A DNA stretch of 64,000 bases. It comes from Candidatus Microgenomates bacterium. GTDB taxonomy: Bacteria; Patescibacteriota; Microgenomatia; UBA8517. The notes below the pieces were generated by a model. The model searched no databases. It worked only from the letters and a program-made list of their open reading frames with translations, and was not told where the DNA came from. This document shows, in pieces, positions 18,895 through 28,267 of this stretch; position 1 is the stretch's first letter, and every line of letters starts with the position of its first letter. The stretch is from the NCBI GenBank assembly GCA_016784385.1, contig JADHUT010000003.1, positions 2,923-66,922 of the forward strand, written 5' to 3'. A program made the translations under genes and the position numbers.

Positions 18895-20751
18895 TTACTC
18901 GACCTCCCAAATTTCAGCATTAGCATTAGAAAAAATCCTCTTAACTCCTAGGTCACCTGGTGAAAAAGGAATTTTTTCAGAATACTCCTCAAATTTTACC
19001 AGATAAACATACTTTGCCTTAGTTTTTTGTAAGTATTTCTTAGCATTTGGTCTTTCCTTAGCAGAAAAAACTGAGGAATTGTATACTATTGTGTGCCCAG
19101 AATACTTTTTAACGTAACTTCTCAAGTTTGCAAATGATATTGGTTTTATATCTGTGTGCCAAGCACATTGTAAACATTCATTGTCATAAACCATTACTTT
19201 TCCGCCAGGTAAAGACTTAAGAAAAAGGAGTGCATAAATCTCACCTTTTGGAATTAGGTATTCCACTTTATTGAAATGTTCCCATCCTTTTCCAGTTAAA
19301 AGTTTTAATATTGCCTTTTTTGTTTTGAAAAAATGGACAGCCTCAGACGAAAAACCTTTTACAATATCACCTTCCGGGTGATTAAAATTTATCTGGACAA
19401 AACCAATCTTAACATCGTCTCCACTATGTTCAATATCAACCAACGGATTATTACGTAATTTAGTGGGAACTTTTATATTTTCGCCTTTTATCAAAAAATA
19501 TTCATTTTTTGTTTCTATTTCAACGTCCCCAGGCAATATCCATACATCTTCAGGGTTTTCTATTGTGTCAATTACCGAAGGTATATTTATAGATAAATTA
19601 AATTCATAATTTGGGGATGAGTAGTATGGATCTGTGTCATTTTGACCATAAACTCTAATATCTTTTATTTCGATTGCATCTTTTTTCTCATCATATATAT
19701 AAAATAATCTATAAATAAAACTCGTAAACCAATGGGAAGATTTACCTGATTGCAAGAAATCTCTTGAATCAATTTTGCTTGGGGGGTCTATTTTTGGATA
19801 TTTATCACTATACCGCTTGTAAAAATCCGACATTGTAATAGCTTCAACCCCGCCATTAATAAACTCTGCAACTACCTCAATCTGATTTTGAAATTCACCA
19901 GAATAACCACCAGCATCCAGATCTGACTCAAGCCCTACTGTAATTTGGTTAAAATCATTATTTTCATTGTTGAGATATGTGTCCAGCAATTTATTAAAGT
20001 ATCCTGTGTCCAATTTATTGGAGAGAACCAAGTAGTCTTGAGTGCTGAAAAGGCTACTTTCGTACCCATTCAAAGGATCCCTTGATGCCCATTGTATATT
20101 AACCATGTCCAACTTAGTATCCTCACTTGAAGCTGGCACAGCTGGGTGAAATTTGCTTGGATAATACGGTATTTGCCAAGGTTGACCCCAAAGTTGGTAA
20201 TTATCAGTTGAAAATTGATCAGCACATACAAGATTTGCTGTTACGTTGTACTTTTGCTTTATATATGACAGAGAAAAACCGTCTGTCCACCATGACCCTA
20301 CTGAGTTTGGGTAGTAACCAAAATTTTCCTTAAATTTTTCGAAAACACCGTCTATTAGTATCATTCTTTCTACTTTTGTATATCCAGAAAGAAATATGCT
20401 GTTTGAGTGATGCCAAGACCCACTGTCGTGATACTCTACACCCACACTATCGGAAAATGATGGAGTAACCTCTAAAAATAAGCCAAACTCTTGGAATTCA
20501 TCCATTTGAAGTATTTCTTGCACAACTTCTTCATTGTCTAATGCGTCGTAAGTTAATAGCCATGTGGCGGGTAAGTTATGTTTTTTTATAACAGAGTATT
20601 GGTTCCTAATACTTTCGGTCAAGTCTGGTGTATACCTTGAAACCCTGACTGGATTAACAATAGTAATAAATTTATTACTATCCTGTGCATAAACACTTGG
20701 AGAAAAGACGAAAAATAAAAATAAAATTGTTAAAATAAATATTTTCTTCAT
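18895..20751 (-). CDS. Secreted protein with NodB/GH57-like (polysaccharide deacetylase-type) barrel and a C-terminal domain shared with local GT-C proteins
   Basis: True start is probably ATG 20751 (TGATG overlap), giving a signal peptide MKKIFIL...VYA. LPATWLL, EFGLFLE and FKENFGYYPNSVGSW motifs. Confidence 0.55.
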   Translation of the reverse strand: MKKIFILTILFLFFVFSPSVYAQDSNKFITIVNPVRVSRYTPDLTESIRNQYSVIKKHNLPATWLLTYDALDNEEVVQEILQMDEFQEFGLFLEVTPSFSDSVGVEYHDSGSWHHSNSIFLSGYTKVERMILIDGVFEKFKENFGYYPNSVGSWWTDGFSLSYIKQKYNVTANLVCADQFSTDNYQLWGQPWQIPYYPSKFHPAVPASSEDTKLDMVNIQWASRDPLNGYESSLFSTQDYLVLSNKLDTGYFNKLLDTYLNNENNDFNQITVGLESDLDAGGYSGEFQNQIEVVAEFINGGVEAITMSDFYKRYSDKYPKIDPPSKIDSRDFLQSGKSSHWFTSFIYRLFYIYDEKKDAIEIKDIRVYGQNDTDPYYSSPNYEFNLSINIPSVIDTIENPEDVWILPGDVEIETKNEYFLIKGENIKVPTKLRNNPLVDIEHSGDDVKIGFVQINFNHPEGDIVKGFSSEAVHFFKTKKAILKLLTGKGWEHFNKVEYLIPKGEIYALLFLKSLPGGKVMVYDNECLQCAWHTDIKPISFANLRSYVKKYSGHTIVYNSSVFSAKERPNAKKYLQKTKAKYVYLVKFEEYSEKIPFSPGDLGVKRIFSNANAEIWEVE

Positions 20752-21536
20752 CAATAGATCCAATTTGTGTTGTTTTTGGTATCGTAGTAGTGAAGAATTT
20801 TCAGTCTGTAAAAAACAGCCAATGTATCCCATGCCATCCAAAGGCTTGTACTCCATTTAATTGCACTTGATGAAGCGTTAAAAACAACTTCAATGGGACC
20901 TTCATAAATCCTTTTAAATCCCAAATACCTTGCAACTGCAAGCATTTCTATGTCCATCGCATAAGTTTTTACAAGAAGTCTTGGGAGAATTTTTTCAACT
21001 ACTTCTCTTCTAAAGATTTTTATACCACTTTGAGTATCTTTAAGGTCAAGTCCAAAAAGAATTTTAACAACGACGTGGTAGCCAAAACTCAATATCTTTC
21101 TGGTAAGTGGGTAATTTACCCTTGAAACTGGGTGTTTTTTACTTCCTACAATGATATCTGCATTGTACCAATCCATGTGAGCCATGAGCATCATAATTCC
21201 TTTTGGGGAAATATCCATACCAGCATCTAAAAAAGATACCAGATCTCCTTTTGCCTTACTCATTCCATATCGCACTGCATACCCTTTTCCTTGATTTTGC
21301 TTATACCCATAAATCTTAAGTTTGTTTGATTTTATTTGCTTTACTTTCGCGAATGTTCCATCAAGTTTTCCATCCACTACACAAATTACCTCAAAATCAA
21401 TATTTGCTAGGCCAGCTTGAAGCGTTTTGACAATACTTTCTATATCTTTTTTAATTGTTCTTTCTTGTTTAAAGGCAGGCACAATAACCGAAAGAAGTTT
21501 TGGAGTTCTTGATTTTGTTTCTAAACCTTTATTCAT
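20751..21536 (-). CDS. Polyprenyl/dolichyl-phosphate glycosyltransferase-like GT2
   Basis: VVDGKLD, NQGKGYAV, LDAG, DTQSGIK and DIEML; start 21536 overlaps the flippase stop. Confidence 0.85.
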   Translation of the reverse strand: MNKGLETKSRTPKLLSVIVPAFKQERTIKKDIESIVKTLQAGLANIDFEVICVVDGKLDGTFAKVKQIKSNKLKIYGYKQNQGKGYAVRYGMSKAKGDLVSFLDAGMDISPKGIMMLMAHMDWYNADIIVGSKKHPVSRVNYPLTRKILSFGYHVVVKILFGLDLKDTQSGIKIFRREVVEKILPRLLVKTYAMDIEMLAVARYLGFKRIYEGPIEVVFNASSSAIKWSTSLWMAWDTLAVFYRLKILHYYDTKNNTNWIY

Positions 21537-22794
21537 TGTTTTTTGTTTCATAAACCAAATTGTAACCTGTATATGTGGCCAAACAAATAAACATTGCAAA
21601 AGTTACACACAACGATATCTGTATTACTTGGGTAATACTACCATGGTAAAGCCAGATAAGCCCCACCTGAGCCAAGGCTGCCAGAAGAGGCACAAAGACT
21701 ATTCTTACCTTGCCTATTGAGAGGAAGAAGTTTACAAGTAGATTAGACAGAGTATAGAAAAGCATGAATGCTCCCATCCACACCAGATCAGTTTTTGCTG
21801 ATAGATAATCTTTTCCATATAAAACTCCAATTGCCAATTCTGGGAATAACCAATAAAAAGCAGTAATTACAAGAGCAATTGAAGCAGTAATCAGTAAAGA
21901 CGCTAAAAATATTTTTGAGTAACTTTGGTTACTTGCTCTTCTTTTAGAAACAACTGGGAACATGGTAGATGTAACAGGAGAAGTTGCAAAAAATATAATT
22001 TTACCGAGGGTTGAAATTGCTGCATAGATTCCAGCCGAAAAAGGGTCTAAGAAATGCTTAACTAACACTACATCGATAGTAAAAATAGAAGTAAATGCTA
22101 ATGATTGCAACAAAACCGGTCCTGAATATTTCAAAAAAGGCTTAAGATCTACATCTTTGGTCTTTCCTGGTTTAATATGTTTTTTAATAAATTTCTGACT
22201 ATAAAAATATGCCAGTATCGCGCCTATTACAATAGCAAGCATAACACCAAAAACCGACCATCCTAGTAAAATTAAACCAACACCTATTAAAAGTTTGGCT
22301 AGTGACGATATTAAAGCTGGTATTACAAAACCTAGAAACTTCAAAAATCCCTGTGAAGTAGACTGGTTAACCAATGTGACCAATGAAAAAAACAGTACCG
22401 GCGCAATAAGAGCTACAGACGACACATTTTCAATATGTAAAAACCTAGAAATTGAAGGTGACATAACAAACATTAGAACTGCTAATACAATTGCCAACTT
22501 AAATATTAATTTTTTTATAGAGGTGTAAACAGAATAAAGTTCTGAATTTTTCGCGCTCGATACAAATTTGACTATCGAAACACTTGCTGAGGATGGAATA
22601 ATACTCACCAGATACATGATGGAATACAAACTAGCCAAAACTCCATAATTCACAGGCCCCAGCATCCTACCCATTACAAGATGGTAAACATAGTTAATTC
22701 CATTTGCTCCCATGTTTCCTACAAACATAATCACACTTCCTGAAAATAAAGGATGTTTAATTACTTTTAAAGTGTGATGTTTTATTCTATTCAT
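21529..22794 (-). CDS. wzx: Wzx/MOP-family oligosaccharide flippase
   Basis: About 12 TM helices, RMLGPVNYG, DVVLVKHF...AGIYAA; ATGA-coupled start at 22794. Confidence 0.85.
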   Translation of the reverse strand: MNRIKHHTLKVIKHPLFSGSVIMFVGNMGANGINYVYHLVMGRMLGPVNYGVLASLYSIMYLVSIIPSSASVSIVKFVSSAKNSELYSVYTSIKKLIFKLAIVLAVLMFVMSPSISRFLHIENVSSVALIAPVLFFSLVTLVNQSTSQGFLKFLGFVIPALISSLAKLLIGVGLILLGWSVFGVMLAIVIGAILAYFYSQKFIKKHIKPGKTKDVDLKPFLKYSGPVLLQSLAFTSIFTIDVVLVKHFLDPFSAGIYAAISTLGKIIFFATSPVTSTMFPVVSKRRASNQSYSKIFLASLLITASIALVITAFYWLFPELAIGVLYGKDYLSAKTDLVWMGAFMLFYTLSNLLVNFFLSIGKVRIVFVPLLAALAQVGLIWLYHGSITQVIQISLCVTFAMFICLATYTGYNLVYETKNNE

Positions 22795-23939
22795 GCTATC
22801 CAATAACCCCTCAAAAATAAGCTAGTGTTAATCATAAGCCAGAGACCAGATAAAATAAAGTAAATGGATTTAGTTAATTTTGATTGTTTTTCCAAGAGTA
22901 CTGCCATCACTATAAATGCAGGAAAAATTACCACCAAATACCTAGGCACTGATGAAAAACTACCTTGTGCAGATGGAACTAAAAATCCAAACAGAATGTA
23001 AACTACGTAAGACCAACGAATTTTTTTGATATATGCATATATTGGCAAGATTACAAATAAAATTGCAGTTGTAACCTCCAAAAGAGTAGTTTGCAAACTA
23101 TATAAATGCACCTTTCCTAAAAAAATAATTTTTACATATCTAAAAAATACCTGAGGCAATAGAATTATTCCCTTTTGATGTTGTTCTCCCACTATTGTTT
23201 GAAGATTATAAAAAGCTAGCGGATCTGCATAGTTTTTCCAACTAAACAACATATAGGTAAAAAGTCCAAAAGCAGAAACACCAAGAAGGTAGACTTTTTC
23301 TTTGACAAACTTTTTTAAATCTAATTTTCTCTGCATAATATCCACTAAAATCATCATAAGTACAAAGACACCATAAATACGTGTTGCTGTCATTAGAATG
23401 CCAACCAAACCACTCAGGAGGTATTTATCTTTACGATATAAATAGTATGTTAAAAGAGAAGTAAGTAAGAACAAGCTTTCTGTATAAACTGCTCCAAAAT
23501 AGAAGCTTGTCGGAAATACCAAAAGTGAAATTAAAGCCAGTTTTGCAATTTTTTCGGAATAATCAAGCCTTACTACTTTCCAAAAAATAAAAAGTGCTCC
23601 TAAAAATGATAAATTAGAAACAATAAGTCCTGTCCATATACTTTGAGGTAACCCAACTCCAAATGGTAGCGAGAAAAATTTAATTAAGAAAGGGTACGCA
23701 GGAAAAAACGCTTGTTGTAGATTTTTATATCCATAAATTGCAATCGAAGTATAGTGCTCCCCATCAAAGTTCGCCCAACCCCAAAATAATGGATTTTTAG
23801 AATAATTTTGTACTCTTCCTGCCAAAAAGTTGTCACTAAAGAGTGGTAGATAATTAACCGCCACAACAGCTGCAATGAAGACCAAAACTCTCCACACTAA
23901 AAAACTTTTTAGAATAAAGAGGAAGTTAGATTTTTGCAT
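22791..23939 (-). CDS. GT-C mannosyltransferase, PIG-V/GT76-like
   Basis: WANFDGEHY.SIA..GY, AFFPAYP, FPTSFYF...YTESLFL, TR..G and S.PRY. Confidence 0.8.
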   Translation of the reverse strand: MQKSNFLFILKSFLVWRVLVFIAAVVAVNYLPLFSDNFLAGRVQNYSKNPLFWGWANFDGEHYTSIAIYGYKNLQQAFFPAYPFLIKFFSLPFGVGLPQSIWTGLIVSNLSFLGALFIFWKVVRLDYSEKIAKLALISLLVFPTSFYFGAVYTESLFLLTSLLTYYLYRKDKYLLSGLVGILMTATRIYGVFVLMMILVDIMQRKLDLKKFVKEKVYLLGVSAFGLFTYMLFSWKNYADPLAFYNLQTIVGEQHQKGIILLPQVFFRYVKIIFLGKVHLYSLQTTLLEVTTAILFVILPIYAYIKKIRWSYVVYILFGFLVPSAQGSFSSVPRYLVVIFPAFIVMAVLLEKQSKLTKSIYFILSGLWLMINTSLFLRGYWIA

Positions 23940-24894
23940 ATACATCCAAGGTTTCTTTTGCAGTTTTTTCCCATGTGTACACTCGTGGCAACTTGATGTT
24001 TTTGTTTGGATTGGTTATTCCTTTTGCCATATCTTTTGGGTCGTTTGGATCAACATAATCTAAGTCGGCACCAAGTATTTCAACCAGAGCTTGGGTTTTT
24101 GTAGCAACCAAAGGTGTACCGCAAGCCACAGCCTCAATAGCTGGCAGACCAAACCCTTCATACAAAGAAGGTTGTATATAGACTGCAGCTAAATTATACA
24201 AATCATTCATTTCTTCATCACTCGCGTAACCGTAACGTACAACATCTTTGAAATCAACGTCTCTAAGGTGGGAAAGCTCCGGATGGCCCGTATCCATTTT
24301 TTCTACTTCTGTTGCATGTTTTCCTGCAATAACTAAAGGTATCTTGGCTATCTTACAAGCTTTAATTAAATTGGGAATATTTTTGTTATAATTAACATCC
24401 CCAGTGTACAAAGCAAATTTACTTGGTAATTTGTAATTTTTTGTAACTTTAGTCTTTCTGAATACCTTTTTAGGTGCAAGATAAACTACATGTACCTTTT
24501 TTGGATCAAAACTAAGTAATCTACAAATATCTTTTTTTGATGTCTCTGAAATTGTAATAATTTCATCAATACTTTTTTTGACTTTACCAACGTTATTGAA
24601 ATAATTTAGTTTTCCCCTAATTCCTGGCGGATAGTGGCTTGGGTATATAAGCGGAATAAGGTCATGAATAGTTAAAATCCACTTTTGACCAACTGGCTTA
24701 GTCAGGGGAAAAATTGCTTCTTCGAAAGGTTTAAAATATGTAAAATGTACAATATCAGCAGCTTTTTTTCTTTTAACAATCTTCAGTCTCTTGTCTTTTA
24801 ACTTCTCAAGTGCCTTAAGGAGTTCAGTTGTGTGAACCCCAATTCCTCGCACATTGTGGCCTGAGTCTCTCCCATTTTCAAAAAATACCTTCAT
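23926..24894 (-). CDS. GT4 glycosyltransferase (mannosyltransferase MtfB-like)
   Basis: RGIG, TIHDLIP, NKN and PSLYEGFGLPAIEA. Confidence 0.9.
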   Translation of the reverse strand: MKVFFENGRDSGHNVRGIGVHTTELLKALEKLKDKRLKIVKRKKAADIVHFTYFKPFEEAIFPLTKPVGQKWILTIHDLIPLIYPSHYPPGIRGKLNYFNNVGKVKKSIDEIITISETSKKDICRLLSFDPKKVHVVYLAPKKVFRKTKVTKNYKLPSKFALYTGDVNYNKNIPNLIKACKIAKIPLVIAGKHATEVEKMDTGHPELSHLRDVDFKDVVRYGYASDEEMNDLYNLAAVYIQPSLYEGFGLPAIEAVACGTPLVATKTQALVEILGADLDYVDPNDPKDMAKGITNPNKNIKLPRVYTWEKTAKETLDVYAKI

Positions 24895-24902
24895 TGAGTT
24901 TA

Positions 24903-24911
24903 ATTATACCA
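24903..24911 (-). promoter_or_regulatory. Extended -10 box (TGGTATAAT), 8 nt before the ATG at 24894
   Basis: Minus strand reads TGG TATAAT TAAACTCA ATG. Confidence 0.6.
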
Positions 24912-24916
24912 ACAAA

Positions 24917-25636
24917 TCAAGATTTACTCTCATTTCCATATCCTTCGGGGTAAAGAGGGTATTCATCACTCCTGGAGGGAGAGTTCGTAATTTGCATAAC
25001 TTTATCAATAACTTCATCAACATTTAAATATTTTTTTCCATTTTGTTCAAGTTTTTTTCTGTAAATTAGCCCTCCTGTACCAAAATCTGTCATAACTGAA
25101 CCAAGAGTGAGCAACACAAAGTCCACTCCCCTTCCTTTGAATTCTTTCGAAAGTGTCAAAGACATTCCTCTAAGTGCAAACTTGGAAGTACAGTATGCAA
25201 CCCTGTTTTTACTAGGATATATCCCCATTCCAGAACCAAAAGAAAGCACCATAGCGTCCTCTGATTTTTTAAAAAGAGGGAGTAGTCCCTTTGAAAACAT
25301 AAATACTGAATTTAAATTAATGTCCATTGAAGCTCTCCACTCAGAGAGAGTTAAATCTTCAAGTTTTTTATAAATTCCTATTCCTGCTACATTAAACAGA
25401 TAATCAATTTTTTTATGTTTTGAGGTAATGTCGGATATAACATTTTGAATGTCTTTTTGGTTGGTAAAATCAGCTTTATAAAAAAAGTGTCTATTCCCAT
25501 CCAACATGTGAGTTAATCGCCCAAGCAAGTCCCTTTCTCTTTCTACTAAAATACAAGTTACGCCTTGTTTTTCTAAAGCCTCCACAAGATAAGACCCCAT
25601 TGCACCACCTGCACCTGTAATTACTGCTGTTTTCAT
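24917..25636 (-). CDS. Classical short-chain dehydrogenase/reductase
   Basis: TGAGGAMG, NVAG and YCTSK (YxxxK). Confidence 0.88.
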   Translation of the reverse strand: MKTAVITGAGGAMGSYLVEALEKQGVTCILVERERDLLGRLTHMLDGNRHFFYKADFTNQKDIQNVISDITSKHKKIDYLFNVAGIGIYKKLEDLTLSEWRASMDINLNSVFMFSKGLLPLFKKSEDAMVLSFGSGMGIYPSKNRVAYCTSKFALRGMSLTLSKEFKGRGVDFVLLTLGSVMTDFGTGGLIYRKKLEQNGKKYLNVDEVIDKVMQITNSPSRSDEYPLYPEGYGNESKS

Positions 25637-25643
25637 ACTATTT

Positions 25644-27176
25644 TTAGTCTACATTACTTCCGATCACTTCGGCAATATTTTTGAAGCCTTTACGTACGAA
25701 CATTTCATTTAAACCTTCATTTATTTGAGAAATAAGCTGAGGTCCTTCAAAAATCATACCTGTTATAAGCTGCACCAGTGTTGCACCGCTTTCAAATTTA
25801 GCCCAGGCATCCTCTACACTAAACACTCCACCACAACCAATTATTGTTAATTTATCCCCGTAGTTTTTATATGCAAGTTTGATTAACTCATTTGATCTTT
25901 TCTGTGTTGGTTTACCTGAAAGCTTGCCTACTTTGTATTTTTTACGTTCATCTTTATGAACACTTTTGTCCTTTGTGTTTGTCTGCAAGTTTCCAAGTAT
26001 TACCCCTGCAATTTTGTGCTTACAAATTTCTGCAAGCATATTTTTAGTATGTCTATTAGTTTGATCTATTGGCATTTTTATAAATATGGGTTTTTTAAGC
26101 CTTAGTTTATCTGTAGCTAGTAGTAATTTTTTTAAGTTAGCCAAAGGATAGAAACTAACACTCCCATGAATTAGATTTGGACAACTAATATTTAATTCAT
26201 AATAAGAAGAATTTATTTTGTTTTTTTCAAAAGTCTTGAATGCAGAAACAATATCAACAATTGAACTATCAACAGTCTTTAAGATCTTTGAATTAGTTCT
26301 TCCTATGGAAATACCTACTGGGTAACCAAACTTCAATTTAGACAGTCTTTCTGAAATTATGCCTGCACCTAAGCTTTTAAAGCCCTTATTTACCATTAAG
26401 GAAGCTGACTTAGGAAGTCTGCCTAGTCGAGGCTTAGGATTTCCCTCATAGCTTCCGTTTGTCACTGTTCCCACTGTTCCAAAGCCAAAACCGATGTAGG
26501 GAAGCACTTGTGTAAGCCTCCCTTCATAATCAAAGCCAGCAGCTAATCCTATAGGGGTTGAAAAATTGATATCCTTTATTTTTTGTCTTAACCTTGGAAA
26601 CTTTTTGACATGAATTTTTCTAAAAATTGCGACAACCACTTTGTTTTTAAATATTTTCTCTCCCAATAAAACCATGTTAATGTGTGCTACCTCAGGATCT
26701 ATCAAAAATAAAATTGGCTTTGCAATATATTTATAAAAATACCCTCCTAAATCCAAAATCAATGTTTTGCTTTCTTTTCTAAAAAACCAAAAAGAAAAAC
26801 CAAAAATTAAAAACGAAACCAATGCTGAAAGAAGACAATACAAACAAAAAAGTCCTATTAAAAACGCTTGCACATAAATCAAATATGAAGAAAACAAAAC
26901 CCCAAAGAGAGTAGTCACTAGCAATAAGCTAGTAAATAGTTTGTTTTTCTTCATAAGAAGAAAAAATAAAAATACATAGTAAAACATTCCCAAAAGCGCC
27001 AAGGGCATACCTGCTATTTGAGAATACTTTGAAGATGTAACAGCCAAACAGTTTATTAGTGGGCTTACAGGGCACCCAACAGAAGACAATGTGTCGTATT
27101 CATATGTCAAAAATACAGAATCAGAAAATCCAACTATAATTAATATAAATAAAATCCAAAAACCATACTTTCTCAT
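25644..27176 (-). CDS. pyrD: VKOR-family thiol:quinone oxidoreductase fused to a class-2-like dihydroorotate dehydrogenase
   Basis: N-terminal ~135 aa: loop Cys pair CPVSPLINC, VTSSKYS, PLALLG and FCLYC. C-terminal part: DPEVAH, GLAAGFD, GTVT, GNPKPRL, NISCPN, LSGKP, IIGCGGV and GATLVQL. Confidence 0.85.
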   Translation of the reverse strand: MRKYGFWILFILIIVGFSDSVFLTYEYDTLSSVGCPVSPLINCLAVTSSKYSQIAGMPLALLGMFYYVFLFFLLMKKNKLFTSLLLVTTLFGVLFSSYLIYVQAFLIGLFCLYCLLSALVSFLIFGFSFWFFRKESKTLILDLGGYFYKYIAKPILFLIDPEVAHINMVLLGEKIFKNKVVVAIFRKIHVKKFPRLRQKIKDINFSTPIGLAAGFDYEGRLTQVLPYIGFGFGTVGTVTNGSYEGNPKPRLGRLPKSASLMVNKGFKSLGAGIISERLSKLKFGYPVGISIGRTNSKILKTVDSSIVDIVSAFKTFEKNKINSSYYELNISCPNLIHGSVSFYPLANLKKLLLATDKLRLKKPIFIKMPIDQTNRHTKNMLAEICKHKIAGVILGNLQTNTKDKSVHKDERKKYKVGKLSGKPTQKRSNELIKLAYKNYGDKLTIIGCGGVFSVEDAWAKFESGATLVQLITGMIFEGPQLISQINEGLNEMFVRKGFKNIAEVIGSNVD

Positions 27177-27182
27177 TGGAGT

Positions 27183-27191
27183 ATTGTAGCA
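27183..27191 (-). promoter_or_regulatory. Extended -10 box (TGCTACAAT), 6 nt before the VKOR-PyrD ATG
   Basis: Minus strand reads TGC TACAAT ACTCCA ATG. Confidence 0.6.
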
Positions 27192-27200
27192 GGTATTATA

Positions 27201-27458
27201 CTACCTATAAATGTTTTTTCTGTGGCCAACCTTAACGATACGCAGAACGTCTCTGTCTAGATCAAATATTATTCTGTATTCACCAACCCGAAATCTATAT
27301 TGACCTATTTCAAATTTAGTTAAAGGTTCGGCAAAACTTGTAATATGCTCATTTGCACAGTAAAAATCTAACTTCACTATTATTCTTACTTGTATTTTTC
27401 TGTCTAATTTTAAAAATTCTTTTGAAGATTTTGAGGTAAACCTATATTTATACATCAA
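27201..27458 (-). CDS. relE: RelE/ParE family toxin
   Basis: 85 aa; YRFRVGEYRIIF...VKVGHRKNIYR. Confidence 0.88.
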   Translation of the reverse strand: MMYKYRFTSKSSKEFLKLDRKIQVRIIVKLDFYCANEHITSFAEPLTKFEIGQYRFRVGEYRIIFDLDRDVLRIVKVGHRKNIYR

Positions 27459-27466
27459 GATTAATC

Positions 27467-27757
27467 TTACTCTATTCCCAACATCTTTTTCATCTGCCCA
27501 GAACTCACATCGTCAGACTTTGGAGATTTTCTTGATTTTTCTATTGATTTTAAATAATTTGGACTAGATAAAGCCTCCAAATCTTCAACCAGAGAACCCC
27601 AAAGGTTATTTGGAATTAAAACACCAAGTGGTTTTTGATTTCTCATCACTCTTACAAATTTGCCATTTTTACCAGCTCGGGTAAACAACTTAGTTATACC
27701 GGCCTGTGCTTCTTGGACACTAGCAAAATCTTCCATTAATATTAATTGTGGTGACAT
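27467..27757 (-). CDS. Phd/YefM family antitoxin
   Basis: 96 aa, directly upstream of the toxin; SVQEAQ...VRVMRNQKPLGVLI...LVEDLE. Confidence 0.75.
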   Translation of the reverse strand: MSPQLILMEDFASVQEAQAGITKLFTRAGKNGKFVRVMRNQKPLGVLIPNNLWGSLVEDLEALSSPNYLKSIEKSRKSPKSDDVSSGQMKKMLGIE

Positions 27758-27796
27758 TATTACAGAATTATAACAGAATTATGACAGAGTTGTCAA
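27756..27796 (-). promoter_or_regulatory. Sigma70 promoter with three 11-bp tandem repeats (putative TA operator)
   Basis: TTGACA (27791-27796), 18-nt spacer, TATAAT (27767-27772). Repeats TCTGTCATAAT/TCTGTTATAAT/TCTGTAATAAT at 27756-27788. Confidence 0.75.
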
Positions 27797-27799
27797 TAA

Positions 27800-28264
27800 T
27801 CACACCTTCCACATTCTTTCTTCATCTTTCTCTGACATATTCTCATCAAACATTTTAATATCAGTTAACTTTATTTTGTGGAGTTTTGATTTCCATACTT
27901 TTGAAAAAGTTTTAAACGTTAAAGGGGGTACGTCTAAATGTCTTTTGTTCCATGCAATAATCACTTCTTTTACTTCAGTAATTGAATTTATTTTTGTGGC
28001 CAGTCCCCGAGCTTGAAAACCAACCTTTTTGTCTGAAGCTTTTTGTCTACTGTCTGCAATAGTTATGGAAACTTTTGGGTTTTTGGCAATATTTTTACAA
28101 TGTATCGTATTTGGTGATCCCAAAAAATAAAAATTAAATTCTTCATCAAATAAATAATATACAGATGCAGCCCAAGGTTCTTTGTAATAAGTTCCCAGAG
28201 ACATTAGCTTGTAGTTTTTTAAATAATTCAAAACTTCCTTTTTGTGTTTGCTTGTTAATTTCAT
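27800..28264 (-). CDS. Pyridoxamine 5'-phosphate oxidase-like FMN-binding protein
   Basis: MSLGT...PWAASVYY, T.HCKNIAKNPKVSITI and GFQARG. Confidence 0.8.
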   Translation of the reverse strand: MKLTSKHKKEVLNYLKNYKLMSLGTYYKEPWAASVYYLFDEEFNFYFLGSPNTIHCKNIAKNPKVSITIADSRQKASDKKVGFQARGLATKINSITEVKEVIIAWNKRHLDVPPLTFKTFSKVWKSKLHKIKLTDIKMFDENMSEKDEERMWKV

Positions 28265-28267
28265 GGG

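Noticed and set aside
20752-20856. N-terminal extension of the 653-aa ORF in the track
   Set aside because: It overlaps the upstream GT2. ATG 20751 gives a TGATG junction and a clean signal peptide.
27756-27788. Tandem repeats as a possible CRISPR or iteron array
   Set aside because: Only three 11-bp units, no spacers, no cas or rep gene, and they coincide with the TA promoter.
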